Of a stretch of 64,000 nucleotides of DNA, positions 10,765-21,500 are shown piece by piece. The stretch spans positions 1 through 64,000 of the forward strand of contig CAVXTP010000010.1 in NCBI GenBank assembly GCA_963764715.1, in the 5' to 3' direction. The DNA comes from an uncultured Acidobacteriota bacterium (GTDB taxonomy: Bacteria; Acidobacteriota; Thermoanaerobaculia; UBA5066; Gp7-AA6). The number at the start of each line of letters is the position of its first letter. Position 1 is the stretch's first letter. The notes under the pieces are model-generated. The model was not told the DNA's origin, searched no databases, and worked only from the letters and a program-made list of their open reading frames with translations. A program made the translations under genes and the position numbers.

Positions 10765-11094
10765 TCAGAGCGAGATGCTCGAGACCTCGACCGCCTGCGG
10801 GCCGGCCGCCGAGCAGGTGGCGTGGAGATTGACCATCTCGACGAGCAGCGCGAGCCGCTCGAGAAACGTCTCGACCACGGTCGCCCCGTCGCTCGCCCGG
10901 CAGGTGAAGGACACGAGGCCCTTGCGCTGGTCCAGCACGTAGCGCTTGAACAGCTCGGAGTCCTTCTGGACGTTCTGGAACGACTCGAGCCAGCGCTCGT
11001 CGACGGTTCCGGAAAGGCTGACCACGTGGCGCTGGAACAGGGGCCCCAGGATCTCTTCCCTCATGGCGGCTCGGTCCACGGCGACGTCGTACAT
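10765..11094 (-). CDS. Small hypothetical protein (109 aa)
   Basis: Good codon usage, globular composition, candidate sigma54 promoter upstream. Confidence 0.7.
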   Translation of the reverse strand: MYDVAVDRAAMREEILGPLFQRHVVSLSGTVDERWLESFQNVQKDSELFKRYVLDQRKGLVSFTCRASDGATVVETFLERLALLVEMVNLHATCSAAGPQAVEVSSISL

Positions 11095-11144
11095 GCTGAC
11101 TTCTCACACCCGGCCGAGCCGGGCGCCTCTCGCCACGTACAGTG

Positions 11145-11161
11145 AGCAAGGCGAACGCCAG
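11145..11161 (-). promoter_or_regulatory. Putative sigma54 (-24/-12) promoter
   Basis: Minus strand CTGGCGTTCGCCTTGCT matches TGGCAC-N5-TTGCW with exact GG/GC spacing, about 50 nt upstream of ATG 11094. Confidence 0.55.
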
Positions 11162-11297
11162 CGCCTAAGGCATTGAAAACACGTGGCTTCGTTTCGACCA
11201 AGGCAGTCCGACTGACGAGAAACGTCCGTCAGGCGGCTCGGATCGCCGCGGATTGTCACCGGTCGGGTCGATCGAAATGCCGGTGGGGTGCCCGCGA

Positions 11298-11774
11298 CTA
11301 CCTCTGGATCACGATCCAGCCGTCCTTCCGGTCGCCGGCCAGGATCTGGTCGTACTTGTACTCGAGGTCTCCCCACGCCCCGGGGTCGAGATCGGGATTG
11401 ATTGGACCCGAGAGGCACTGGCCCCCGCCGCACCCCCGGTCGAAGACCCAGTCATCCCCGTCCTCGTGCATCTGCTGGAAGGGCTTCTTGCCCTGCGCCT
11501 GCGGGGGCAGCTTTGCCTGCTTCTTCGGAAAGACGATCTTCAGCGACTGTCTTTCGTTCGAGAGCCAGATCATCTCCTTCGGGTCCGCCTTGGAGATGTA
11601 GACCCTGGGCTCGCTCAGGTGATCCGCGGCGGGACCGATGACCACGATGTGCTTCTTTCCCGGGGTTTCGGCGGCACGTCCGCCGCCCTTCTTCCCGGCG
11701 ACGAGCCATCCCAGGGCGAATCCGACCACGAGCGCGACGAGTATCGACCCCCACCGGGTGGTGCCGTTGGCCAT
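11298..11774 (-). CDS. Membrane-anchored/secreted hypothetical protein (158 aa)
   Basis: MANGTTRWGSILVALVVGFALGWLVAG hydrophobic N-terminus; GGAGG SD; starts 14 nt after the kinase stop. Confidence 0.75.
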   Translation of the reverse strand: MANGTTRWGSILVALVVGFALGWLVAGKKGGGRAAETPGKKHIVVIGPAADHLSEPRVYISKADPKEMIWLSNERQSLKIVFPKKQAKLPPQAQGKKPFQQMHEDGDDWVFDRGCGGGQCLSGPINPDLDPGAWGDLEYKYDQILAGDRKDGWIVIQR

Positions 11775-11788
11775 GACGACCTCCGCTT

Positions 11789-14362
11789 CTAGCTGCCCGC
11801 CGCCTTGTGCGGCGCGGCGACGATCGACTGAAATTCCGGAGTGTTTCGCAGGGAGGCGAACTCCGGCTGGCGTGCGATGACCTGGCGGCAGTAGCCGGCC
11901 GCGACGGCGCGGCGGAGCCAGTCGAGCGCCTCCGGCGGCTTCCCGCGAAGGGCGGCCACCGTGGCGGCGTCCGCGAGCACGTTGGGATGGCGGTCGTCGA
12001 GGGCGAGCGCCGCCTGCACCTCGCGTGCGCCCTCCTCGGCCTTGCCCGAGCGCGCGAGGGTCGCACCGAGCACGGAGTGCGCCGCGAGGTCGGTCGGATT
12101 GAGCCGGATCGCTTCGCGGGCGAGGACGACGGCCTTCTCGTAGGCGCGCAGGGCGTCGGGCTTCGAGGCGTTCTCGGAGAGCGCGTCGCCGTAGGAGGCC
12201 CAGACCTGGTAGTCGTTGGGGGCGCTGCGCGTCGCGATCTCGAGCGAAGCGACGGCCTCCCGCGGGTGCCCGGTCCACAGGAGCGCCAGTCCGAGGTTCG
12301 ACGCGGGGATCGGGTCGCCCGGGCGCAGGGAGAGGGCCTTGCGCAGCGCGTCGGCGGCCGCCGGAAAGTCGCAGGCCTGGGCCGCCACGCCGCCGAGGTT
12401 GCTCCAGGCACGGTAACTGTCGGGAGCGATCTCGGCGGCCCGCCGGAACATGGTCTCGGCGTCCGTCCATCGCCCGCGGTCGGCGCGGAGGGCGCCGAGC
12501 TGGTTGAACACCGCGAAGGACGGCTGCAGGGCGATGGCCCGGCGGAAGGCGTCCTCGGCCGTCGCGTCGTCGCCCGCCGCCTCGGCCGCGCGGCCGAGTC
12601 CGAGCAGCGCGTCGACCTTGTCGGGGTTCGCGGCGAGGGCGCGGCGAAATGCGTCACCGGCCTCCTTCGGGCGGCCGGTCAGCAGGAGCGTCTCGCCGAC
12701 GGTGATGTCCACTTCGGGCAGGCCCGGGTCGAGGCCGCGCGCGGCGTCGCTCGCGGCGATCGCCCGGTCCGCGAACGTCCGGTCCTTCGTGAAGTCGAAC
12801 ATCGCGAGGTTGGCGCGCGCGAGGGCCGCCTGGACGAGGGCCGAGTTGGGCCGTTCCTGCGCGAGGGACTGGAGGATCGAAAGGGCCCGCTCGACGCCGT
12901 CCCGGCGGTCGTAGCGCTGGAGGAGGCCGATCGCCTGGAGGTAGCGCTCCTGGAGGGCCGTCGTGTCGAGCCCGGACGGCGTCGGCGTCCGTCGGGCTCC
13001 CCGCCGCAGGCGCAGGTCCTGGACGACGCCGTCGGCGAGCCGGTCCTGCAGCGCGAAGATCTCCGACCCGTCGAGGGCGTTGGCGGCGAGCTGGCGTCCG
13101 TCGGCGTCGACGAGGCGGTAGATGATCCGGAACCGCTCGTTCTCGCGCTGGAGGCTCCCGGCGAGCAGCGTGTTCGCGCCGAGGCGTCGGGCCACGCGCG
13201 TGAAGCTCGGGTCGGCGTCGAGCTCCTCCGTCGTGGCGCGGGGCGTCACGACCTGCAGCCCGGGCACGTTGGCGAGGCGCGCGCTGACCGTTTCCGCCAT
13301 CGCGAGGCCCATGAGCTCCCCGTCGGGCGAGCCCGTCAGATTGCGGAAGGGAAGCACCGCGATCTGGCGCGTCCGGCCCGCGGCCGGCGTCCGGGGGCGG
13401 AGAGCGAAGTACGCTCCGACCCCGGCGGCGACGAGAAGAAGCGCCGCCGCGACGGTCCTCCACGGGAAGCGCCGCGGCGTCTCGCCGAGCACGGCGGCTC
13501 CGGAGAGTCCCGCGAGGGTCGCCTCGAGCTCGAGCCGCACGTCTCCGGCGTCGCGCACCCGCCGTCCCGGATCCTTCTCGAGGCAGCGGGCGAGCAGCTC
13601 GCGCACGCGCTGCGGCGTGCGGGGCGGAAGGGCCGACCAGTCCGGCTCCTTGTGGAGGATCGCGCCGACGACGTCCGGCACCGTTTCGCCGGTGAAGGCC
13701 CGGCGGCCGGTCAGCATCTCGTAGAGGATGCAGCCGAACGACCACACGTCGGTCCGCCGGTCGGTCTCCTTGCCGCGGGCCTGTTCGGGGCTCATGAACT
13801 CGGGCGTGCCGACGATCTCGCCGGGCGTCGACGTGTCGAGGACCACGGTCGGGGAGCGCGACATGTCCCCGGCGAACGGGATGGTCATCGCCTTGGCGAG
13901 CCCGAAGTCGAGGACCTTGACCTTGCCTTCCGGCGTGACCTTGATGTTGGCGGGCTTCAGGTCCCGGTGGAGGACGCCCTTCTCGTGCGCGAACTCGAGA
14001 GCCTCGGCGATCTGGGAGCCGATGCGGAGGGCGTCGGGGATCGCGAGAGGCCCGGTCGCGAGGCGCTGCGCCAGCGTTTCGCCCTCGACCAGCTCCATCA
14101 CGATGTAGCGGGTCGGCCCGTCCTCCTCGGCGCCGTAGATCGCCGCGATCGTCGCGTGGTTGACGGCCGCGAGCATCCGGGCCTCGCGCTCGAAACGCGC
14201 CACCCGGCCGGGGTCCCCGGCGGGCTCGTCGGGCAGAACCTTGATCGCGACGTCCCGGCCGAGCTTCCGGTCGCGGGCGCGGTAGACCACGCCCATCCCC
14301 CCCGCGCCGAGCATGTCGAGGATCTCGTAGGTGCCGAGACGGAAGCCGGGCTGGAGCGTCAT
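11789..14362 (-). CDS. Ser/Thr protein kinase (Hanks type) with TM helix, TolB_N-like domain and TPR repeats
   Basis: LGAGGMGVVY, VAIK, HRDLKPAN, DFGLAK, GTPEFMSPE; IAVLPFRNL; TPR-like C-terminus. Confidence 0.95.
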   Translation of the reverse strand: MTLQPGFRLGTYEILDMLGAGGMGVVYRARDRKLGRDVAIKVLPDEPAGDPGRVARFEREARMLAAVNHATIAAIYGAEEDGPTRYIVMELVEGETLAQRLATGPLAIPDALRIGSQIAEALEFAHEKGVLHRDLKPANIKVTPEGKVKVLDFGLAKAMTIPFAGDMSRSPTVVLDTSTPGEIVGTPEFMSPEQARGKETDRRTDVWSFGCILYEMLTGRRAFTGETVPDVVGAILHKEPDWSALPPRTPQRVRELLARCLEKDPGRRVRDAGDVRLELEATLAGLSGAAVLGETPRRFPWRTVAAALLLVAAGVGAYFALRPRTPAAGRTRQIAVLPFRNLTGSPDGELMGLAMAETVSARLANVPGLQVVTPRATTEELDADPSFTRVARRLGANTLLAGSLQRENERFRIIYRLVDADGRQLAANALDGSEIFALQDRLADGVVQDLRLRRGARRTPTPSGLDTTALQERYLQAIGLLQRYDRRDGVERALSILQSLAQERPNSALVQAALARANLAMFDFTKDRTFADRAIAASDAARGLDPGLPEVDITVGETLLLTGRPKEAGDAFRRALAANPDKVDALLGLGRAAEAAGDDATAEDAFRRAIALQPSFAVFNQLGALRADRGRWTDAETMFRRAAEIAPDSYRAWSNLGGVAAQACDFPAAADALRKALSLRPGDPIPASNLGLALLWTGHPREAVASLEIATRSAPNDYQVWASYGDALSENASKPDALRAYEKAVVLAREAIRLNPTDLAAHSVLGATLARSGKAEEGAREVQAALALDDRHPNVLADAATVAALRGKPPEALDWLRRAVAAGYCRQVIARQPEFASLRNTPEFQSIVAAPHKAAGS

Positions 14363-14406
14363 CCGGATCTCGGCGGATTCTATGTCCCTGCACGTACAAT
14401 GAACAC

Positions 14407-16446
14407 GTGAAAGCAGCCGGACGGGCTCTTCTGGCGGCCTGCGCCGCGCTTTCGCCGGGGCTCGCCCTGGCGGCCCCCGGCCCGCCGGGCCTCGTCGCGA
14501 CTGTCGAACAGTTCGACCATCTGGCGCTGGGGGACGCGCGTACGGTCGGGCCGCTGACCCTCGCCGCCGGACACTTCGAATGCCGCCTTGCGTCGGGCCA
14601 CGCCGCGCCGGTGCTCGCCGGGGATCAGGTCGTCGGCATCTTCTTCGAGGGCACCGGAGCGATGGAGTACGTCTCCGCCGACCCCCTGGAGGCGACGACG
14701 GTCGTCTTCAACGCGCGGAAGGGCTCGGACCTGAAGCCCGAGAAGACCGACAAAGGGGTCCGCCTGCGCGACAGCTTCACGCGTCTCCTGTGGCTCGCGC
14801 AGGGCCAGCCGCTTCCGCCGCTCGGCGACAAGCCGTACACGCCCCTGACCGCGGCGTTCGCGAGCCAGCGCGCGAAGTTCGCCACGGTCAACGGGCCGCC
14901 GCTTTCGCACGACTTCGCCGAACAGAGGCTCGACGCGCCGGAAGCGCCGCTCGTGTGGGCGCAGCTCGACGGCGGCGCCGACGACCTCGTCTACGTGCTC
15001 GACGGGACCGGCAACGCGTTCGAGTCGCTTTCGGTGCTCGTCTCGAGCGAGTCGGACGATCCCGAGATGCGGAAGTATCTCTTCGCCCATGCGCTCTCGG
15101 ATCAGCCGATCGGCCGCGACCCGCGCGACCCGCCGCGCCCCCGGGTCGTGCTCGCGGACGTGGACCTCGACCTGCGCGCCTCCGACGGGGACGACGCCTC
15201 GCTGACGGCGGTCGAGACCCTGGTGCCGGTGGGGCGCCCGCTGAAGGTTCTGCGCCTCGCGCTGCGCAGCCGGTTCTACACGTACTTCGGCAACAACCTC
15301 ACGACGCGCGACGAGCGGCTCCGGAAAGTGACGGACGAGTCGGGCCGCGAACTCGCGTTCGTGCACGGGGACCAGGAGGTGCTCGTCGAGCTCCGCGAGC
15401 CGGCGCCTCCCGACCGGCCGCTCAAGCTGCGGTTCGAGACGGACGGCAACTTCCTGGTCCGTCCGGGCGGGGACAGCTACTGGGAGCTCGGCACCACGGC
15501 GTGGTTCCCGCAGCCGTCGCTCGCCGGCCAGTTCTATACGCTGCACGCGGTCGTGCGCGTCAAGAAGCCGTTCGTTCCGTTCGCTCCCGGCACGACGGTG
15601 CGCCGCGCCGTCGAGGGCGACGAGAACGTGCTCGAGACCCGCGTCGACCGGCCGATCGCGTTTGCGACCGTGCTTGCCGGGCGTTACGGGATCGAGGAGG
15701 ACGTCCGCAACGGGGTGACGATCCGGGTGGCGACCTACGCGCTCAAGAACGACCGCGCCGTCAAGCAGCTCACGAACCTCTGCGAATCGATCATCAAGTA
15801 CTACCAGGAGTTCCTGGGGCCCTTCCCGTTTTCCGAGTTCAACATCATCGAGATCAACGATTTCGGATTCGGCCAGGCGCCGCCCGGCACGATGTTCATC
15901 ACCAAGGAGGCGTTCAACCCGTTCATCGGGGAAGACAACCAGTACTACTCCCAGGGAATCAACGAGCGGTTCGCCCACGAGATCGCCCACCAGTACTGGG
16001 GCACGGTCGTGAAGATGCCGAGCTGGGAGGAGCAGTGGCTGACCGAGTCGTTCGCCGAGTACTGCGCGGGGATCTTCCTCAAGACCTACAAGAACGAGGC
16101 CACCTTCCGGACGCTCGTGAAGCACTGGCGGACGTTCGCGACCTTCGGCACGGACCAGGTCCCGATCCCGCTCGCCAACCAGGCCTGGGTCGCCAACGAC
16201 GCGCGCACGCGGGCGTTTCTCCGCTACGGCCTGCTCTACAACAAGGGCCCGGCGCTTCTGTACGCGCTCCACAAGGAGCTCGGCGACGAGGCTTTCTTCA
16301 CGTTCCTGAAGTCGTACCAGAAATCCTTCGCCTGGAAGTTCGGCTCGACGAAGACCCTCGCCGGGCTGCTCCAGTACATGACGAAGAAGGACTACATGCC
16401 GTTCTTCGAGAAGTACTACTGGGGCATCGAGATGCCGAAGGACTGA
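14407..16446 (+). CDS. Secreted M1-family (gluzincin) metallopeptidase, paralogue 1
   Basis: Signal peptide; HEIAH-x18-E (HEIAHQYWG...WLTESFAEY); LYNKG. Confidence 0.88.
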   Translation: MKAAGRALLAACAALSPGLALAAPGPPGLVATVEQFDHLALGDARTVGPLTLAAGHFECRLASGHAAPVLAGDQVVGIFFEGTGAMEYVSADPLEATTVVFNARKGSDLKPEKTDKGVRLRDSFTRLLWLAQGQPLPPLGDKPYTPLTAAFASQRAKFATVNGPPLSHDFAEQRLDAPEAPLVWAQLDGGADDLVYVLDGTGNAFESLSVLVSSESDDPEMRKYLFAHALSDQPIGRDPRDPPRPRVVLADVDLDLRASDGDDASLTAVETLVPVGRPLKVLRLALRSRFYTYFGNNLTTRDERLRKVTDESGRELAFVHGDQEVLVELREPAPPDRPLKLRFETDGNFLVRPGGDSYWELGTTAWFPQPSLAGQFYTLHAVVRVKKPFVPFAPGTTVRRAVEGDENVLETRVDRPIAFATVLAGRYGIEEDVRNGVTIRVATYALKNDRAVKQLTNLCESIIKYYQEFLGPFPFSEFNIIEINDFGFGQAPPGTMFITKEAFNPFIGEDNQYYSQGINERFAHEIAHQYWGTVVKMPSWEEQWLTESFAEYCAGIFLKTYKNEATFRTLVKHWRTFATFGTDQVPIPLANQAWVANDARTRAFLRYGLLYNKGPALLYALHKELGDEAFFTFLKSYQKSFAWKFGSTKTLAGLLQYMTKKDYMPFFEKYYWGIEMPKD

Positions 16447-16451
16447 TCCCG

Positions 16452-18488
16452 GTGCTCCGGCGCGCGTCGCTCGCCTGGCTCGCGGCGGCGCTCGCGGGCG
16501 CCGTCCCGCTTCTCGCCGCGGGTCCCGCGGCGCTGCCCGGCCTCCTCGAGCGCTTCGACCGGCTGACGGTCGGTGAGGCCGTGACGGTGACGGCGCTTCG
16601 CCTCGCCGGCCCGCACGCCTCCTGCGAGCTCGGGGCGGGCCGGGCGGCCCGGGTGAAGGCGGGCGAGGAGGTTGTCGGGATCTTCTTCGAGGGCTCGGGC
16701 GCGTTCGAGTACCTGTCCGCCGATCCGATCGAGGCGCCCGTCATCGTGTTCGACGCGACGAAGGGCTCGCGGCTCAAGCCCGAGAAGACCGCCGCGGGGG
16801 TCCGCCTGCGCGACACGATCAAGCGGGTCCTGTGGCTCTCGCGCGGCCAGGCCCTGCCGGAGCTCGCCGGCGCGCCGGCGCCGCCGCTCGCGGACGCATT
16901 CCGGCGTGAGCGCGAGAAGTTCGGCCGGATGCACGCTCCGCCCCTCGCGCACGACTTCGCGATGCAGGCGCTCGACGCACCGGAGGCCCCGCTCCTCTGG
17001 GCCGAGATCGAGGGCGGCCGCGAGGACCTGCTCTACGTCTTCGACGGAACGGACGACCCGTCGGAGGGCCTCGCGTCACTCCAGGCGAGCGAGTCCAACG
17101 AGAAGGAGCTCCGCAAGTTCCTGTGGCTTTCGCCGCTCTCGCTCCAGCCGATCGGCCGCGACCCGCGCGATCCTCCGCCGGCCCGCTATTCCCTGACCGA
17201 CGTCGGCGTCGACCTGACGGCTTCCGCCGGCAACGACGCGAAGCTCGTGGTCGAAGAGACGCTCGTCCCGCGCGGTCGCCCGGCCGCCGTCTTCCGGTTC
17301 GATCTCGACAGCACCGAGTACGCCATGGCCGGCTCGAACCTCGAGGCCCGCTCGGAGCGGGTCCGGACCGTCACCGACGAGAAGGGCCGGGCGCTCGCCT
17401 TCGATCACCGGATGGACCAGCTCGTCGTGGAGCTCGCGGAGCCGGCGCCGGCCGAGAGGCCGGTGCGGCTGCGCTTCGAGATCGATGGCGACTTCCTCGT
17501 CCGGCCGCGCGGCGACAACTACTGGGAGCTCGGGATATGGCCGTGGTTTCCGCAGCCTTCTCTGGCGGGGCAGGAGTACACGTGGCGCTCCGTCGTGCGC
17601 GTCCCGAAGCCGTTCGTCCCATTCGCGCCGGGCTCGACCGTGCGGCGCGAGGAGGAGGACGGCCGGAACGTCCTCGAGACGCGCGTCGACCGTCCGATCC
17701 AGTTCGCCGTCGTCCTCGCCGGGCGGTACGACATGGAGGAGGAGGTCCGGGACGGCGTGACGATTCGGGTCGCGACGTACGCCCTCGACAATCCGCGCGG
17801 CCGCAAGCAGCTCACGAAGGTGGCGGCCGAGATCATCGCGTACTACCGGGAGTTCCTCGGGCCCTTCCCGTTCCCGGAGTTCAACATCCTCGAGATCAAC
17901 GACACCGGGTACGGCCAGGCGCCGCCCGGCACCATGTTCATCACCAAGGAGGCGTTCGATCCCCTCGTCGGCGACATGAGCCGGTTCGAGGCGCAGCTGA
18001 TCGCCAAGGTCTTCGCCCACGAGATCGCGCACCAGTACTGGGGCGTCGTCGTCCGGATCCCGAGCGCGGAAGAGCAGTGGCTGGCGGAGTCCTTCTCGGA
18101 GTACTGCGCCTTCCTGTTCGTGAAGGACCGGCGCAGCCCCGCCGTCGCCGACGGTCTCGTGAAGCGCTGGCGCCGCGGGGCCGACTTCGCGGACGACGCC
18201 GCGCCGATCCCGCTCGCCAACCGCGTCTGGGTCGCGGACGACGCCGTGCGCCGCGCCGAGATCCGCAAGGGGCTCCTTTACGACAAGGGGCCGATCCTCC
18301 TCGGTGCGCTGCACCGGGAGATGGGCGACGCGGCCTTCCGCGCGTTTCTCCGGTCGACCCAGAGCCAGCTCGCGTGGAAGTTCGGAACGACCCGGGAAAT
18401 CGTCAGGCTCCTGCAGGCCTCGGGTGCCCGCGACCCCATGCCTTTCTTCGAGAAGTACTACTGGGGCGTCGAGATGCCGAAGAACTGA
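16452..18488 (+). CDS. Secreted M1-family metallopeptidase, paralogue 2
   Basis: GTG start 5 nt after the previous stop, signal peptide, HEIAHQYWG...WLAESFSEY, LYDKG; collinear with paralogue 1. Confidence 0.88.
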   Translation: MLRRASLAWLAAALAGAVPLLAAGPAALPGLLERFDRLTVGEAVTVTALRLAGPHASCELGAGRAARVKAGEEVVGIFFEGSGAFEYLSADPIEAPVIVFDATKGSRLKPEKTAAGVRLRDTIKRVLWLSRGQALPELAGAPAPPLADAFRREREKFGRMHAPPLAHDFAMQALDAPEAPLLWAEIEGGREDLLYVFDGTDDPSEGLASLQASESNEKELRKFLWLSPLSLQPIGRDPRDPPPARYSLTDVGVDLTASAGNDAKLVVEETLVPRGRPAAVFRFDLDSTEYAMAGSNLEARSERVRTVTDEKGRALAFDHRMDQLVVELAEPAPAERPVRLRFEIDGDFLVRPRGDNYWELGIWPWFPQPSLAGQEYTWRSVVRVPKPFVPFAPGSTVRREEEDGRNVLETRVDRPIQFAVVLAGRYDMEEEVRDGVTIRVATYALDNPRGRKQLTKVAAEIIAYYREFLGPFPFPEFNILEINDTGYGQAPPGTMFITKEAFDPLVGDMSRFEAQLIAKVFAHEIAHQYWGVVVRIPSAEEQWLAESFSEYCAFLFVKDRRSPAVADGLVKRWRRGADFADDAAPIPLANRVWVADDAVRRAEIRKGLLYDKGPILLGALHREMGDAAFRAFLRSTQSQLAWKFGTTREIVRLLQASGARDPMPFFEKYYWGVEMPKN

Positions 18489-18509
18489 CCGCCGGGCCGG
18501 GCCTAGCCA

Positions 18510-21500
18510 TCACATCTTGAAGGTCTTCACCAGAAAGACCGCCATTTGCGCGCGGGTGTTGGGGTTGTCGGGGCAGTAGTTCCCTCCTCCGCAGCCTCCG
18601 GTGATTTGCTCGGCCGCGAGCTGCTCGATCCAGTCGGCGAAGAGGGAAGGACACGAAACGTCGGCGAAGACCCCGGCGCAGGGCGGCGGCACATACGCTG
18701 ATCCATGCTCGGCCTTCAGGAGAAACACCGCCATCTGCGCCCGCGTCACGGGACTGGAAGGGCAGTAGTTGCCGCTCCCGCATCCCGCCGTGATCCCCTC
18801 GGCCGCGAGCTGCTCGATCCAGTCGGCGAACATGCCCGGACAGGAGACGTCACTGAACACGCCGGCGCAGGGCGGGGGAACGTAAGCCGAGCCGTGCCTC
18901 GACTTCAGAAGGAAGACCGCCATTTGGGCCCGCGTGACCGCGGCCTGTGGGCAGTAGCCGCCCGCGCCGCAACCCGCCGTGATGCCGTTGCGGACGATCT
19001 TTTCGACATAGTCGTGGAACGGTTCGGTCTGGGGCACGTCGAGGAAGTCGGCAAAGAAGGCGTTTACACGCGTCGCGGTTGCGGTACCGATGCCGTCGGG
19101 GACCGTCACCGAGACGTCGTTCAGAGTGCCCGGGGAAAGCGGTGGCGTGAAGAGATGGAGAAACGTCGAATCGGGGACGGTGACGTTGGTGGCGGCCACC
19201 CCGCCGATGGTCACCGTCACGCCTGGCGCGAACCCGCCGCCGAGAACGGTCAGCGCGACGCCGACCTCGCCGATGCCGGAGCTCGGCGCAACCTCGTTGA
19301 CCGCGATCTGCGCGTTGCTCAGCCGGAAGATGACGCCGTGACCTCCGAAGGGTCCCCGCCCTGCCGTGCCATATACCAGACCGTCCGCAGCCTGAATGAG
19401 ACCGGCCGTCGGGTTGGCGCCGCTGATTCCACTAAACGAGTGGATAAGTGTGAAGTTCTGCCCGTTGTAGTCCATTCGGAACACGGTTCCCAGGCCATGG
19501 ACCCCGCCCTGGTAAGTCGTGCCGTACAACCACTGATCCGTCGTCGCGACCAAAGGGCCGAACGGGCTGTCCCCGTCAGTGCCATCGAACGTGTGGATTA
19601 CCTGAAGATCATCGGTGTCCGTAGAAGTCTTGAAAACACCTCCCTTGGAGGACGTGTAGCCGTGCAACAGAGTCCCAAATAGATCGCCGTCAGCAACGAC
19701 GAGCTTGCTCGACACGGCCTCCCCTTCGTCGTTCCAGGCGAAGTAATGAAGTCGCGTGACAACTCCGGTGACGTCCATCTCGAAGAGATTCGAATAATTA
19801 AAAGCATCGGCTATGCCGTAAAACCGGTCGCCCGCCTGGATTAGAGGACCTGGATAGACGAGGCCGCTATCCAAGAAGTTGCAGAGATACGTGAGATTAC
19901 CGGCGCCATCCAATCGGAAGGCTGTGCCGCTATAGCCCCCGCCGGAGTTGGTTGTCCCGTAGAGAAAGCCGTCGGTCGCCTGGATGAGTTCGTCTGTCGG
20001 CCCATAACCTTCATCTCCCCCTGCGTACCCTGGGAAGCGGTACAGGGTGGTGATCTCGCCAACGGCATCCATGCGGAAGAGAGACCCTCCCCCATAGACG
20101 CTCGAGCCAGTCGCCGCTGTCGGCCCATAGAAGTTTCCGTCGGTCGCTTGAATGACTCGTCCCGGGTAGGCGCCGTCCGTTCCGTCGAACGAGTGCAGGG
20201 TGATCATCTCCCCGGCTGGGAAACCGAGTCTGAACGCCGTGCCCAAGTCGCTCCAGCCACCCCTGTAGGTAGTGCCATAGAAGCTCCCATCGGTCGCCTG
20301 AGTGAGAGCGACCTTGGGATCAGCTCCGTCGATGCAGCGAAAGGTGTGTATCGTGCTGAAAGCGCCGGCGGAATCCAGCCGAAACAGGGTGCCCGGGTTT
20401 ACGACAGTCGACCACGTAAAGGCGTAAGTGGCGTCGGTCGTGCCGTAGAAACGTCCATCGGCAGACTGGACGAGAGCCGTCAAGGGATACTGGCCGTCGT
20501 ACGCTTCCGCAGACGGGGGTAGTGTTCTCCCGTTAAAGCTGTGCAGTACGACCAGGCTGCCGGATGGGTCTAGCTGGTAAACCATCCCACCACTCTCATT
20601 AAATTGAGGACCACCGTAGGATGTGGTGCCGTAGAAGCGAAGGTCTGTCGCCTGGACGAGTTCGGCGTGAGGTCTGCCCCCCTCCCACATATCAAAGTCG
20701 TAGACCGTAGTCAGGACGCCCGACGCGTCGAGCTTATAGACAGTGCCGAAATTGGTAGCGCCCCCTTCGCTCGATGTGCCATAGAGACTCCCGTCGGTGG
20801 CCTGTATCAGTCCGGCGTACGGCCTCGCGCCATCTGACCCGCCGAAAACGTGGATCGTGACGAGGCTATTCGTAGCGACGTCGACTCGGAAGACGGTGCC
20901 CAGATTGTTCGTGCCTCCCTCAAGCGTCGTGCCATAAAGATACCCATCTGTGGTCTGAAGGAGTCGACCCGCCGGATGCGCGCCATCGGTGTATCGATCG
21001 AAGTCGTGAAGCTTTGTGAATGTTCCGTCAGAAGCAATCTTGAACAGGGTCCCAACGTTGCCCTGCCCTCCCGTGGTTGTCGTGCCATAGAGGATCCCAT
21101 CGCTCGCCTGGATGAGTGCAGATCGCGGGTCGGTGCCGTCCAGCTGGGTGAAGCTGTACAGCCGCTTGACGGCGCCTGAGCCGTTCATCCGGAAAACCGT
21201 GCCCATGTCGTTACTACCGCCACGGGTTGTCGTTCCGTAGAGATTCCCGTCGGCGGCCTGGACGAGGGCGGCCGCCGGGTTGGCCCCATCCGCGTAGGCG
21301 AAGCTGTGAACGGTCGTCATGCCGCCCGAGGGATCGGTCCGGAAGATGGTCCCGATACCGCTGGAGCCGCCCCAATAGGACGTCCCATACAGGTACCCGT
21401 CGCTTGCCAGGATCAAACCGCTCTGACTTGCCAGATCAAGATCAGGCGCTGATGGCTGGCAGGAATTTCGAAAAGCGTGAACAAGCTCGTAGTGGGTCTG

